DNA of 64,000 nt, taken from positions 47,212 to 111,211 of IMG/VR virus record IMGVR_UViG_3300037859_000002. The stretch is one strand, 5' to 3'. The notes below the pieces were generated by a model. That model worked only from the letters and a program-made list of their open reading frames with translations, ran no database searches and had not been told where the DNA came from. Every line of letters begins with the position of its first letter. The stretch's first letter is position 1. The stretch comes from a virus. Shown here piece after piece: positions 15,898-26,819 of the stretch. Both the position numbers and the translations under genes were made by a program.

Positions 15898-17226
15898 GTG
15901 CGCCTTGACCTGATCAAGAGCGATCTGGCCGAGGTCGGGGCGCTGCTGAAGATGTTCGACGAGGCGCGGGTTCGCCGCGACCGGGCCGGTCGCTTCGCCG
16001 ACCAGGGGGGCGGCCCCAGCCAGCGCCAGCCCGGCCAGGTCCCATCTGCGGCGCCGGTGCGCACCCGCTACGCCTCGTCCAAGGTGTTCCGCATGGCCTC
16101 GGCGACCGAGGCCCCGACCAGCACCTTCGGTGAGGTCGATCACCTGCCGCAGCGGCCGCGCAAGATGGCCGCCGCGGAATACGCGGGGCTGCGCCAGGCG
16201 GCCCAGGCCATCGCGCGCGATCGCCGGCCAGCATACCTCGAGCGCGCGGCCGAGCGGGGTCTGATCCCCGAGGGCGCCACCCCCAGGGCCGTGCGCCTTG
16301 CCTATGCGCACGCGGTTTCCCTGGCCCAGCACGACGCTGGCCTGCACCGCTATGACTACAAGCTCTCGGCTGAGACCAAGGTCGAGCTGACGCCGCTGCT
16401 GCCGTTCATGCGGTATGCGCGCAAGCGCATGGCCAACGAGCTCGGGGCCGAGCAGGGTCCGGCCCTGGCGAGCATCCGTGCCGCCTTCGGCACCCCCTTC
16501 GCGGACGGGCGGACCGACGTGAAGATCAAGGCCGTCGGCGCGGCCCGCGCCCGGCGCGATGGGCTGATCGAGGCCGCGCGCGCCAAGGGCCTCATCGGCG
16601 AGACCGATGATCCAGGCGACGTGCGCGCCGCCTATGACTACGCGGTGCGCCAGACCATGCTCGACCAGGGCACGCGCACCTATCGGGGTGCCCGCCTGGG
16701 CCAGCCCCGGCTCCTGCCCTTCGTCGAGATGGCCAGCGCCGATCTCAAGGAGGTGCTGCCGACCGAGGGTCAGGCGCGCGTCAGGATGGCGCCGCGGAGC
16801 GAGCTCGCCGACTACGCGGTGCGGGCGCCCGACCCGGTCAAGGTCGCGGACATCATGCGCGAGTTCAAGCGCGGCCGGCTCCGCTCGGGTCGCAACGGCC
16901 CCGTGGTCAAGGACCGCCAGCAGGCCATGGCGATCGCCCTGTCGATGGGGCGGCGCGCCTCGCCGGAGGAGCGGGTGGCCAAGGCCTTCGCCGACCTGGT
17001 GCTGCGCAAGGGCCTGGCCACACTGGTGGCGATCGACACGACCACCGTGGCCCGCCGCGCCCGCTGGGCCGGCGCGGCCCTGAACAACCAGCCGCAGATG
17101 CGCCCGCCCACCACCCTGGCCCAGAAGGCCCTGGCCGATCGGCGTTCGGAGATCGCGCAGCGCGCGCGATACCAGCGCACACGCCTCAGCCAGAACATCG
17201 CGACCTCGCCGATCTGGCGGCGCTGA
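15898..17226 (+). CDS. head-associated protein (RDxxGRF motif, DUF6496-like segment)
   Basis: RRDRAGRFA; KVADIMREFKRGRLRSG...QQAMAIALS. Confidence 0.65.
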   Translation: MRLDLIKSDLAEVGALLKMFDEARVRRDRAGRFADQGGGPSQRQPGQVPSAAPVRTRYASSKVFRMASATEAPTSTFGEVDHLPQRPRKMAAAEYAGLRQAAQAIARDRRPAYLERAAERGLIPEGATPRAVRLAYAHAVSLAQHDAGLHRYDYKLSAETKVELTPLLPFMRYARKRMANELGAEQGPALASIRAAFGTPFADGRTDVKIKAVGAARARRDGLIEAARAKGLIGETDDPGDVRAAYDYAVRQTMLDQGTRTYRGARLGQPRLLPFVEMASADLKEVLPTEGQARVRMAPRSELADYAVRAPDPVKVADIMREFKRGRLRSGRNGPVVKDRQQAMAIALSMGRRASPEERVAKAFADLVLRKGLATLVAIDTTTVARRARWAGAALNNQPQMRPPTTLAQKALADRRSEIAQRARYQRTRLSQNIATSPIWRR

Positions 17227-19259
17227 TGCTCGAGAAGCGTACCGCGGGCGCCCCGCTCTCCGAGGCCGAGATCCAGCAGCGCCGGGACGCGGCCCGCGCG
17301 CGCTGGGCCGCCGCGGGCGTCGGTGCCCTGGCCGGGGCCGGGGCCGCCGCCCTGGTCGCCCACGAGGTCGCCGACCGGACGTTCAAACGCCGGGTGCTCG
17401 ACGCGGCCCAGCGCCGGGCCGTCGATGCCCAGACCGCGGTGGACCGCGCGCGCACCCAGGTGCGTGGCTGGGCCAACCTGCTGCAGAACGACTTCGCCGA
17501 GCGCGAGAAGTGGATACGGGGTTCGGGCGCGCCCGTGCGCGGCGCCGTGGCCAACGAGCTCAACCGCGAGCGCACGCGCCGCGCCATGCCCGGCATGGGG
17601 TTGCAGGAGCGTCCCCTCTCCGCAGCCGCCCGGCGTGTGCAGCGCTTCGGCCACCTTCCGACGATCGGCACGGTCAACAACAACCAGGTGCTCAAGCTCA
17701 TCGAGCAGCGGCTCGCCCGGCGGGTCCAGAGCATCAAGAGCATGCGTGCCGACCTCTACGTTGATCCAGCCGCCGACTTCCCTGAGTTCAAGGACGCGCA
17801 GGGCGGCCACCGTCAGGAGCGGGCTCTCAACGTCTACCTCAAGGAGGCCGAGAACGAGCTGCAGGCGTTCCGGAACCGTAAGACCCCGGGCGCGGCCCTC
17901 GTCGCCCCAGGGAAGCGGAAGGCCAAGGGCAACGCCGGGATCGAGCTGGATGCGCCGAAGGCGCGTGGAGCGCCCGCGGAGTCCGACGTCAGGGCGCACA
18001 CCAAGTCTGTGTTCAGGGGCGGCTGGACCAAGAAACAGATCGCCACCGCGATCGCGGTCGAGCGCAAGGCCATCGCGGCGAAGACCGCGCGGGCGATCGG
18101 CAGGATCGAGCGTGTCGCCCGCGCCCGAACCGTCCGGGCCGAGGCCGCGGCGCGGGCCAAGCTGCGCCAGGACGTGGGGCGTCTCTCGGCCTGGGCGCTG
18201 TCGCGGGCCAGGCGGCTGCGCAACCGCACGGCCCTGGTCGGCGCCCTGGTCGGCGCTGGGGTGGGGGCGCTCGCGGTCAAGCGCAAAGATTTGCAGGAAT
18301 CGCTCGGGAAAAGCGCGCCACTCGCGAAGGCCGACCTCGAGGGCGCCCTGGCCGAGGCCCTGCTGCGGATGTTTCAGCGCTGGCGCAGTGCGCGCGAGAC
18401 CGCGGCCGCCACACCCGCTCAGGCGGCCGACGACATTGACCGCTCCACCGAAGTGTTGGACGATCTCTTCTCGGGCGGGGCGGGTGAGGCCATTGGCCAG
18501 CTTGATCCGTCGGGTGGACCAGATCGGGAGCGGCGCCTCGCCGTGTCGTTCGACCTGCGGAATCCGTTGGTCGAGCGCGAACTCCGGCGATACCGCCTCG
18601 ATCTGGTTCGCGAGATCTCGGGCGAGCAGACCCAGGCGATCCGCACGATCCTGCTCCGCGGCACCGCCGAGGGCCGCCCGACCCAGGACATGGCCCGCGA
18701 CATCCGTGAGACCGTGGGGCTGACCGCCTGGCAGGCCGAGCAGGTGCAGCGCTATCGCCGGCAGCTCGAGACCCTCGATCCGTCGGCGCTGCGGCGCGAG
18801 TTGCGCGACCGTCGCTTCGACCGGACCTTCCAGGCCGCGATCGACCGTAACCAAAATCTGACGCCCGAGCGCGTGGACCGCATGGTCGACGGCTACTACC
18901 GCCGTTTCCTGGCCTTCCGGGCGACGACGATCTCCCGGACCGAGGCGCTGCGGGCCACCAATCTGGGCAACGTCGCGGCCGCCCGCGCCTGGCTGACGGA
19001 GAACCCGTCGATGACCCTGGTGAAGACCTGGGTGGCCACGCGGGACGCCCGCACGCGCGACCTGCACGTCGAGCTCAATGGCCGCTCGGTCGTGGGGATC
19101 GACACGCCCTTCGTCTGTTCGGACGGGAGCACGATCCGGCATCCGCATGATCCGGAGGCGGCGGCCAAGCATACCGTGAATTGTCGGTGCACCATCTCCT
19201 GGGCGCCGGTTGCGAAAGCGCGCGCCGTGGAGCGCGCGGTCCAGGAGGCTTCGTCATGA
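17226..19259 (+). CDS. head morphogenesis protein (SPP1 gp7/MuF) with long N-terminal extension
   Basis: ISRTE, KTWVATRDARTRDLH, HPHDP...NCRCT. Confidence 0.85.
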   Translation: MLEKRTAGAPLSEAEIQQRRDAARARWAAAGVGALAGAGAAALVAHEVADRTFKRRVLDAAQRRAVDAQTAVDRARTQVRGWANLLQNDFAEREKWIRGSGAPVRGAVANELNRERTRRAMPGMGLQERPLSAAARRVQRFGHLPTIGTVNNNQVLKLIEQRLARRVQSIKSMRADLYVDPAADFPEFKDAQGGHRQERALNVYLKEAENELQAFRNRKTPGAALVAPGKRKAKGNAGIELDAPKARGAPAESDVRAHTKSVFRGGWTKKQIATAIAVERKAIAAKTARAIGRIERVARARTVRAEAAARAKLRQDVGRLSAWALSRARRLRNRTALVGALVGAGVGALAVKRKDLQESLGKSAPLAKADLEGALAEALLRMFQRWRSARETAAATPAQAADDIDRSTEVLDDLFSGGAGEAIGQLDPSGGPDRERRLAVSFDLRNPLVERELRRYRLDLVREISGEQTQAIRTILLRGTAEGRPTQDMARDIRETVGLTAWQAEQVQRYRRQLETLDPSALRRELRDRRFDRTFQAAIDRNQNLTPERVDRMVDGYYRRFLAFRATTISRTEALRATNLGNVAAARAWLTENPSMTLVKTWVATRDARTRDLHVELNGRSVVGIDTPFVCSDGSTIRHPHDPEAAAKHTVNCRCTISWAPVAKARAVERAVQEASS

Positions 19260-20545
19260 GCGCCAAGGTCAGGGTCTTCCGCGCGATCGGCCGAGTCAGG
19301 AACGCGAAGCTGCGCGCCAGCGCCGTCGGTCGGGTCAAGGCCGGGGCCGGACACATCGGTCGCCTGGGCCTCAAGGTCAGCCTGCCCACCGTTGCTGCCG
19401 CGGCCGGCGCCGTCGGCGGCATCGGCATCGTCCGCGCCATCGAGGGCCGCCTTTCACCCAGGAAAGATCAGAGCATGAACCGCGTTGGCGTCGAGAAGAT
19501 CGAGGATCCGAACCTGATGCCCGAGGTGGGGGCCCTGCTCGCCCTGGTGCCCGAGCATGAGCGCCAGGGCCAGGCGCTGCTGGCGCATCGATATGCAATC
19601 GAGGTCGGCCGCCTGCTGGAGAAGAACGGCACGCGCCCCGATGAAGAGGTCGAGCTCGCGAAGTGGGCTGGCGACAGCCTGTTGCGCAAGGCCAGCATGG
19701 CAGGTGTCATGAGCGTCCTGGGGCGTGCTCAGGGCGCGGTGAAGGCTGGCGTCGCCCGCTACCGCGTTGGGGCCAACCGTGCCGGTGCCACCGGTGCGCT
19801 GGCCATGGGTGACTTCCAGGGCAGGCGGACGCCCACCAATCCGAGGAAGATCATGGGCGCGATGAAGCTCGGTCGGAGGTTGGGTGTCGGCGCTTTCCAC
19901 GGCGGCGTTGCCGCCGGCGCGGGCGCTGCGGGCTATGGCGCCTACCGGGCCACGCGCTCCAACAAGGCCGACGCCACCACCGACCTGAACAAGGAGACCA
20001 CGATGAACGACCTCGAAACCCAGCTCGAGAAGATCGCCCAGGCCATGGCAGAGCTTCCGGAAGCGGACCGCCAGCGCGAGATGATCCGTCTCGCCCAGTC
20101 GGCCAACATCGGTGCCCAGCTGAGCAAGCTCGCCGGTGATGCCGACGCCCAGGGCCAGTTGCTCGACGCCTGGGCCGCCGATGATCCGATGAAGAAAATG
20201 CTCGGCGGCATGCTCCGCTCGGTCAATCCGCTGATCGGCACCCACAAGAGCCAGGCGGGCGCCAAACTGAAGCCCGCGACCGAGGGCGTGATTCCCGCCG
20301 CGGCGGGCAAGGGTGTGGGCTCGCAGAACGCGGGCCTGCACGCCAGCAACGGCGGCCGCATCCGGGCCAAGAAGGTCGCGGTCAAGGGCAGCATCCGTGA
20401 AAACGCGAACGCGGCGGCCAAGGCGGCGATCCGCATCGGCGGCTCGGTGTACAACCAGCGCACTGGCGGCATGGGTCGTGCCCACAAGGCCGACACCGCG
20501 GTCGACCTGCGCAAGGCCGCCCAGGACCGTTGGGCCAACCGCTGA
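19256..20545 (+). CDS. Gly/Ala/Arg-rich head-region protein
   Basis: ATGA-coupled 429-aa ORF. Confidence 0.65.
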   Translation: MSAKVRVFRAIGRVRNAKLRASAVGRVKAGAGHIGRLGLKVSLPTVAAAAGAVGGIGIVRAIEGRLSPRKDQSMNRVGVEKIEDPNLMPEVGALLALVPEHERQGQALLAHRYAIEVGRLLEKNGTRPDEEVELAKWAGDSLLRKASMAGVMSVLGRAQGAVKAGVARYRVGANRAGATGALAMGDFQGRRTPTNPRKIMGAMKLGRRLGVGAFHGGVAAGAGAAGYGAYRATRSNKADATTDLNKETTMNDLETQLEKIAQAMAELPEADRQREMIRLAQSANIGAQLSKLAGDADAQGQLLDAWAADDPMKKMLGGMLRSVNPLIGTHKSQAGAKLKPATEGVIPAAAGKGVGSQNAGLHASNGGRIRAKKVAVKGSIRENANAAAKAAIRIGGSVYNQRTGGMGRAHKADTAVDLRKAAQDRWANR

Positions 20546-20554
20546 GGCCCTGAC

Positions 20555-21301
20555 GTGGACCTTGCTCATCTGCCCCCTGCGAGCGGCATCTATCAGGTTT
20601 GCCACGCTGGATCTGGCAAGGTCTACATCGGCAGCAGCCGCAACATGCGCGCCCGATTGTTCAAGCACGTCACCGACCTTAACCAAGGTCTTCACCATAG
20701 CCTGTTGCTCCAACGTGCGTGGGTGAAGCACGGGCCTTCGGCGTTCGCGGTCACTGTCATCGAGCTCTGTGATGTCGATCAGATGCTGGTGCGCGAGCAG
20801 GCACATCTAGATCTGCACAAATCGTGGGATCCATCTGTCGGTTACAATGTGTCGCCGACGGCTGCGAACTGCTTGGGTGTGAAGCACACCGAGGCCACAA
20901 AGCAGAAGCTATCGGTGCAGCGTCGTGGACGGCCGAAAAGCGAGGAGTGGAAGCGGAAGATCTCTGCGATCCACAAGGGACGGATCATCCCTGAGGCACA
21001 GCGTGAGGCCATTCGGGCGAAACTCACAGGTCGTAAGCTTTCGCCCGAGCGCATCGCAAATGCAGTTGCTGGGAAGCTCGCCCTCATCGCGTCCGGCTGG
21101 AAACGGCCGCCGCTTTCTCCTGAGGTTCAGGCGCGGCAGGCCGCAAAGCTGCGTGGGCGAAAGATGTCCGATGAAACGAGGACGCGCATGAGCGCGGCCC
21201 GAAAAGGCAAAGCGGTGCCTGAGGAACAACGGGTGGCGATCGCCGCTCGGATGCGTGAAATCTGGCGCCAGCGCCGCGCTGCGAAAGAGGTCGGCACATG
21301 A
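20555..21301 (+). CDS. GIY-YIG homing endonuclease with NUMOD3-like repeats
   Basis: SGIY...VYIGSS..R..H; repeats HTEATKQKLS, SEEWKRKIS, MSDETRTRMS. Confidence 0.92.
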   Translation: MDLAHLPPASGIYQVCHAGSGKVYIGSSRNMRARLFKHVTDLNQGLHHSLLLQRAWVKHGPSAFAVTVIELCDVDQMLVREQAHLDLHKSWDPSVGYNVSPTAANCLGVKHTEATKQKLSVQRRGRPKSEEWKRKISAIHKGRIIPEAQREAIRAKLTGRKLSPERIANAVAGKLALIASGWKRPPLSPEVQARQAAKLRGRKMSDETRTRMSAARKGKAVPEEQRVAIAARMREIWRQRRAAKEVGT

Positions 21302-22110
21302 ACATCACGATCCCCCTCACCAAAATCGACGTTGAACGCCGATTGATCTTCGGGCGTGCGGTGCAAGAGGTGCCGGACAAGTCTGGCGAGATTCTCGACT
21401 ACGCGACGGCCAAGCCAGCGTTCCAGGCGTGGTCGAAGGGCTTCGAGGATGCCACCGGAGGCCTGAGTAAGGGCAACCTGCGCGTCATGCACAAGAAAGA
21501 TGGCGTCGCCGGTAAGCTTGTCGATCTAACCTACAACGACGGCGAGAAGGCGATCGATATCTGCGCCAAGGTCGTTGACGATGTGGAATGGGCTAAGTGC
21601 CTTGAGGGGGTCTATACAGGTCTTTCCGTCGGCGGCTCCTACGCGCATCGCTGGAAGGACGGCGAGCACACGCGCTACACGCCCCGGGTCGCCGAGGTCT
21701 CGCTCGTGGACAGTCCGTGCATCCCGACCTGCCGGATCATCGACCTGGTGAAGGCCGACGGCATGACCGGACAGCTGGAGCTCAGGGGCCGCGCCCGGAC
21801 CTATGCAGAGCTGGCGCCCCCGGCGCCCCCGCCGAGCTACAGCGCGCTGGTGAAGGCCGCGCCTCGAACCTACGGTGAGATGGAGAAGGGCGCGCTCGGT
21901 TCCGGGCTGCGCGCGGCCCGCATCGCCTATGACAACGGCCGCGCCCTGGGCGCATCGCGCGCCGCGAGCGCCGTTGGTGGGGCCTACCATGGGGTTCGTG
22001 GCTTCAAGCGCGCCGGGGGAAAGATCCGCAGTCTCGCTGGTGCTGCCGTGGGTGCCGCTGCGATCGGCGGCGGCCTGCTGGCTTGGCGCCGCCGGCGCAA
22101 GAGCGCCTGA
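21298..22110 (+). CDS. prohead maturation protease
   Basis: LRVMH, YTGLSVGG and EVSLVDSP motifs. Confidence 0.8.
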   Translation: MNITIPLTKIDVERRLIFGRAVQEVPDKSGEILDYATAKPAFQAWSKGFEDATGGLSKGNLRVMHKKDGVAGKLVDLTYNDGEKAIDICAKVVDDVEWAKCLEGVYTGLSVGGSYAHRWKDGEHTRYTPRVAEVSLVDSPCIPTCRIIDLVKADGMTGQLELRGRARTYAELAPPAPPPSYSALVKAAPRTYGEMEKGALGSGLRAARIAYDNGRALGASRAASAVGGAYHGVRGFKRAGGKIRSLAGAAVGAAAIGGGLLAWRRRRKSA

Positions 22111-22116
22111 GCCGCT

Positions 22117-25100
22117 GTGACCAAGCCGGTCTATGACGCCTGGGTCATCAAAGCCCTGAACAAGCGCGTCATCGCCCACAACGAAGCCGAGACCGACCCG
22201 CGCAGACGCCTGCGCCTGGCCGACGTCAAGACCGTTCACGGCCGCGGCTGGCGCGACAAGGAGAGCGCCATGGCCAAGGTCGATGCCTTCGTCGACCACC
22301 TGGCCAAGGCCGAGGATTTCGAGGAGTGGAAGCACCGCCGCGACAACGGCGGCCGCTTCGCACCCAAGGGCGGGGGCAAGTCGCCCGAGCGTCACCGGGC
22401 CGACATGGAGCGCGACGACCAGTACCGGGCGGCCCACACCCAGGTCATTCCCGAGACGCGCTTCACCACCCTGGGCGCCCCCTTGGCTGGCCTTGCGGGC
22501 GTCGGCCTTGGTGCCGCCTCCTGGGGATCTGGCCTGGCGAACCGCGCCTTCAGCGGCACGGGCCGCAGGGTCGCGGGCGCCGTGGCCGGCAACGCCGCCA
22601 AGGTCGCGGTCGGCGTGCCCGTGCTGCTGGCCACGACGGCGACGCGCCCCCTGCTGGGGCGGGCCGCGCTGGCCTTCGGGCTGCGGCCGCCATCGCGTGA
22701 GGCCTATCGCCGGTTTGTCCGCGGCTCTGCCAACGGCGCCGACCATGGTGCGCGCGTGGCCGCCGACCTGGGCATGCGCGCCTGGACCGCGGCGCGGACC
22801 CGTGTGCTGGCCGCGGCCCGCAAGACAGGGGGGCCCAAGGCTGTGTGGCTTGCCGGTGCCGCCGTTCCGGGCGTTGCGTATGGCACCGGTCTGTACCACG
22901 CCGCGGGCGCCGTGGGCCCGGTGCTCGACAGCCTGTTTCCGCGCCGGGTGGACAAGGTCGACGCGGGGGCCGCGCTGGTCAAGCGCATGGCCCAGGGCGA
23001 GGACCTGTTGGCTGCCGTTGCCGGCTCCGAGGAGCTGGCGCTGGTCAAGGCCGCCTATCTGCAAGACCTGGCAAAGGCGACGGTGCCGAGCGCGGCCTCG
23101 ATGGCCCGCATCGCCAACCAAGCAATTTCCCGGTTTCAGCGCCGAATCGGCCCGGCCGTGGTGCGCTACGGCACGGGCAAGGTGCGCCGGGCCATCGTCG
23201 GCGCCTCGGGCCGCGCCATCGCGGGCGCCACGGCCGCCGCCGCCGGGGGCCTCGCCGCGGGTGGTGCCACCTATGCCGCGGGCAACCCCTATCGCGACGC
23301 CGAGGGCCGCTTCACCAGCCGCGAGAAGGCGGCCTTCATGGTCGGCGTCGCCGGCGGCCTCGCCTCGGGCACGGCCGTCGTGCTCGGCCTGCGCCGCGGC
23401 AACATGAAGGCCGCCTCGGCCGTGATCCGCGATGTCGCGGACAAGGCGCGCGGCAACCTCGACCAGTTCCAGGCCCGGGTCGAACGCGAGCTGACCGCTC
23501 GGGCGCAGAAGACGGGCATCAGTGTCGGCGGCAACATCGACCTGACCAGGGAATTCCCCGAGGTGGGCCGCAAGGCGCGGATCGCACTGCCCACCAAGAG
23601 CATGACCCTGGCCGAGACCCGCAATCGTGTGGGCAAGCAGTTCGACGACGACATCGCAGCCGCCGCGGGCTCGCCCGCGAATTGGATGCGCCTGCAGATC
23701 GACGAGGCGCACGCGCGCCAGGTCGCGGCCGTGACCAAGGAGGCGATGACCCTCTCGGGACCCAACAAGGGGGCCTTCAAGGCCGGCTGGGACCAGAAGC
23801 GGCTCGATCGCGCGGTCAAGACGCTCGGCGACGTGCGCGACAAGGCCAAGCTCGAGGCCGAGAAGAGCCTGTCGGACCACACTGCCGTGGGGCAGGCCCT
23901 GAAGACCGACCTGGGTGAGCTGAAGGACTTTCTCGGGCGCGCTAACCTCGCGCGGGGCACGGCGGGCACCGAAGCGCTGGCCGTGCCCACGGCGGTGCTG
24001 AAGCTCGACGGCAAGGCCCAGAAGAAGGTCGACCGGTTCCTGGAACTCGGGCGGGAGTATGCTGCGGCCCACAAGGCCTCGATCGAGACGATCAAGACCG
24101 GCGATCCCGACGAACTGGCGCTGCACCGCGCGCGCGATGCCGCGGCCAAGGCGGTGCCCGAGATCGAGAAGAAGCTCAAGCAGGCGACCAAGGCCTTCGA
24201 CGATCTGGTGGAGGAGATGAAGCACCAGACCCAGGCGAGTGGGCACACGACCCTGGCCCAGGCCGCGGCCGATCACGCGAAGATCCCGATGCCCAAGATC
24301 GTCGACGAGGTCACCACCAGCGGGCTTCGCCTGGCGGGTCAGCCGCCGAAGGGTGAGGCTATCTTCCTGAAGCCGCCACCCGATGAGGCGGCGTTGCGCC
24401 AGGTGCGCGCGCGCATCCTGGACGAGGTTGATACCAGGTTTGCCCAGACCGCGAAGATCGAGGCGCTGCAGGTGCGCAAGATCGCCGAGGCCGAGGTGAG
24501 CCGTGCTCTGGGCCAGCTGCGTGAGCTGGCGCCCGCGACGCTGCCCGAGGGCGCGGGCGCCGCTCTGATGCGCGCGGCCGAGGCCGCGGGGCGCTACAAG
24601 GCCGAGGTGCTGAAGGACCTGAAGAAGGTTCCCAAATTGCTCGACCGCGGTCTCCATCACCAGGCCAGCGCCTGGCTTACCTCGATCTCCAACAGCGCCG
24701 TCAAGCTTCGCGGTCGAGCCCGCGAGCTGCTGAGCGGCATCGCCTACGACAAGCAGTCCGACGGAACCTGGAAATTTTCGCCCAAGAAGGCGAGCCTGAA
24801 GACCCTGGGCCTGCTCAGCGCCACCGGGGTGATCAAGATCACCGACGATGCGCTGCTGCCCCAGTGGGGCGACCGTTGGAAGCGTCCGGGCAAGGAGCTG
24901 AAGCCCGTCTCCGAGATCCAGTCGAACGGCGACGGCCGGATCGGCGTCACCTTCGTGGATGCGAACGACGGCCAGCGCAAGTGGGCCTCGGGCTACGAGA
25001 TCAAGGGCGGGGTCGAGACCCCACTTCGCTTCGGCACCCTGTACGAAAGGCCGGGCCAGCAGCAGGGGCAGCAGCGCGACCAGGGTAGGCGCGAGAACGC

Positions 25101-26637
25101 CTTCCAGCCTGAGAATGACGCCTCGAGGCAGACCATCGGCAAGGCCATCTCGGCGGCCTTCCAGGCGAAGAAGATCGAGAACGGTGACGCCGACGATGCT
25201 GGCCGATTCCAGTTCCTGGGCAAGGGTGGCGTGCCCAACGAGGTGAGGGCCGGCAACGCCGAGGCCCTCTCGGTTCGTCGTCGGGCCATCGCGAGGATGC
25301 GGCGGCAGGAGCGCGACTCGCTCGGGCAGAACGACTACTTCAAGGCGCTCTCGAGCCTGTTTGACAAAGACGCGCGGCTGCTGACCCTGGACGATCGCGT
25401 CGACCTGTTCTTCGGCAAGGGCGGCATCGCCGCCGGCGCCGACGCCAATACGGGGATCAAGCAGCGCGTGCGCAACGAGCTCGATCGCTGGCGCGACTTC
25501 GCCAACCAGGACCAGCGCAACGACATGCGCCGCCTGGTCGGCACCCTGCATCTGCGCGGCGACCTCAACGACAGCGAGGCCAAGAGTGCCTACGGCATCA
25601 TCTCGTCCAGGCCGATCCGGGGTGCCACGGCCGACACGCCGGTGGTGACGCCGACCGCACCCAAGGTGCCGGTGCTCTCTGCCCGCGCAGCGAGTGCGCC
25701 TGAGGTGAAAATCCGGCTGGACAAGTTCGGTTCGGAGATCCTGAGCGCCGTCAATTCCTACAGCTTCGACGAACAGCAGAGCGCCCAGTGGCAGCGCACC
25801 CTCAGGGGTTTCGGCGCCTCCGATGATCCGCAGAAGCAGCGGCAGAGTTTCTCAAACCAGATCGCCGAGCTGGCGGGCGATCTCTACGAGATCGAACGCG
25901 CCCGCAACCAGGCGCTCGACGAAACCGAGCTGCTGGGCCTCGTGCGCCGACGCATGCTGAACTCGATCAAGTCCACGGGCCGGATCTTGATCGAAAAGCT
26001 CGATGCCGGAGCCGGCCTGGCCAAGGCCTGGGATGAGTCGAAGTTCGTGCGTCACGCCAAGGGCAGCATCGCGGGCGGCGAGTTCGCTCCCAAGGGCGGC
26101 CACGGCGAGCGGGCGGGTCGTGTCGCCGAAGGCCTCGCCGCGAGCAGGGCGCACACGGGCGAGGAGCGCTCGCCCTTCGAGCCCGTGCGTGCGCTGGGCA
26201 ACCTGGGCAGCATCGCCTCGAGCACCGCCGCCTGGCAGGCGGCCGAGCGGTTCCTGCCCGCTGGTGGCAGGATCGTCGCCCGGGCCGGCCGGTTCGGGGT
26301 CAAGCTCGCGGCCTCGGGCGTCGCAGGCTCGGCCGGCAAGGTCGGCGGCGAAGCGGTGGCCAACGCTGGCTACAAGGTGGCGGGCAAGCCCTCCCCCGGC
26401 ACCTACGAAGAGCCGCTGCGCCCCGCCATAGAGGAGAGCATGCGCCTGGCGGGCAACATCCTGGGCACACTCGGAGGCGCCGCCGCCGGCGCCGCGGGCG
26501 GCCCGGCCGGCTCGTTCGCCGGGGGTGTCGCTGGCGCCGTCGCCGGCGAGGAGGCCGGGGGCGCGGTCTACCGCTTCGTCACCAGCCGCCACGGCGAAGA
26601 GGCCGCGGCGCGGATCCAGCGCTTCTTCCAGCCCTGA
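22117..26637 (+). CDS. giant (1506 aa) head-region protein
   Basis: long ORF with typical codon usage, three RDxxGRF-like motifs and glycine-zipper segments. Confidence 0.8.
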   Translation: MTKPVYDAWVIKALNKRVIAHNEAETDPRRRLRLADVKTVHGRGWRDKESAMAKVDAFVDHLAKAEDFEEWKHRRDNGGRFAPKGGGKSPERHRADMERDDQYRAAHTQVIPETRFTTLGAPLAGLAGVGLGAASWGSGLANRAFSGTGRRVAGAVAGNAAKVAVGVPVLLATTATRPLLGRAALAFGLRPPSREAYRRFVRGSANGADHGARVAADLGMRAWTAARTRVLAAARKTGGPKAVWLAGAAVPGVAYGTGLYHAAGAVGPVLDSLFPRRVDKVDAGAALVKRMAQGEDLLAAVAGSEELALVKAAYLQDLAKATVPSAASMARIANQAISRFQRRIGPAVVRYGTGKVRRAIVGASGRAIAGATAAAAGGLAAGGATYAAGNPYRDAEGRFTSREKAAFMVGVAGGLASGTAVVLGLRRGNMKAASAVIRDVADKARGNLDQFQARVERELTARAQKTGISVGGNIDLTREFPEVGRKARIALPTKSMTLAETRNRVGKQFDDDIAAAAGSPANWMRLQIDEAHARQVAAVTKEAMTLSGPNKGAFKAGWDQKRLDRAVKTLGDVRDKAKLEAEKSLSDHTAVGQALKTDLGELKDFLGRANLARGTAGTEALAVPTAVLKLDGKAQKKVDRFLELGREYAAAHKASIETIKTGDPDELALHRARDAAAKAVPEIEKKLKQATKAFDDLVEEMKHQTQASGHTTLAQAAADHAKIPMPKIVDEVTTSGLRLAGQPPKGEAIFLKPPPDEAALRQVRARILDEVDTRFAQTAKIEALQVRKIAEAEVSRALGQLRELAPATLPEGAGAALMRAAEAAGRYKAEVLKDLKKVPKLLDRGLHHQASAWLTSISNSAVKLRGRARELLSGIAYDKQSDGTWKFSPKKASLKTLGLLSATGVIKITDDALLPQWGDRWKRPGKELKPVSEIQSNGDGRIGVTFVDANDGQRKWASGYEIKGGVETPLRFGTLYERPGQQQGQQRDQGRRENAFQPENDASRQTIGKAISAAFQAKKIENGDADDAGRFQFLGKGGVPNEVRAGNAEALSVRRRAIARMRRQERDSLGQNDYFKALSSLFDKDARLLTLDDRVDLFFGKGGIAAGADANTGIKQRVRNELDRWRDFANQDQRNDMRRLVGTLHLRGDLNDSEAKSAYGIISSRPIRGATADTPVVTPTAPKVPVLSARAASAPEVKIRLDKFGSEILSAVNSYSFDEQQSAQWQRTLRGFGASDDPQKQRQSFSNQIAELAGDLYEIERARNQALDETELLGLVRRRMLNSIKSTGRILIEKLDAGAGLAKAWDESKFVRHAKGSIAGGEFAPKGGHGERAGRVAEGLAASRAHTGEERSPFEPVRALGNLGSIASSTAAWQAAERFLPAGGRIVARAGRFGVKLAASGVAGSAGKVGGEAVANAGYKVAGKPSPGTYEEPLRPAIEESMRLAGNILGTLGGAAAGAAGGPAGSFAGGVAGAVAGEEAGGAVYRFVTSRHGEEAAARIQRFFQP

Positions 26638-26819
26638 TCATGGAATGCGGGGCAGGGTGGACCCAGTCGTCGTCACCGACGACGGGGATGACCGCCATTG
26701 ATCTCGCGATGCGCCGTCGGCGTGTCGGACGTTCCCGGGGAGCCGCCACGGGAACTCAGTTTGGTCGGCTCGGCCGGCGCCTGTTTTTTGGCGGTTCCAT
26801 GCAGAAAGGAGCTCTCACG

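Noticed and set aside
20546-21301. Group I intron around the GIY-YIG gene
   Set aside because: The flanking genes appear intact and abut the ORF, leaving no room for an intron core
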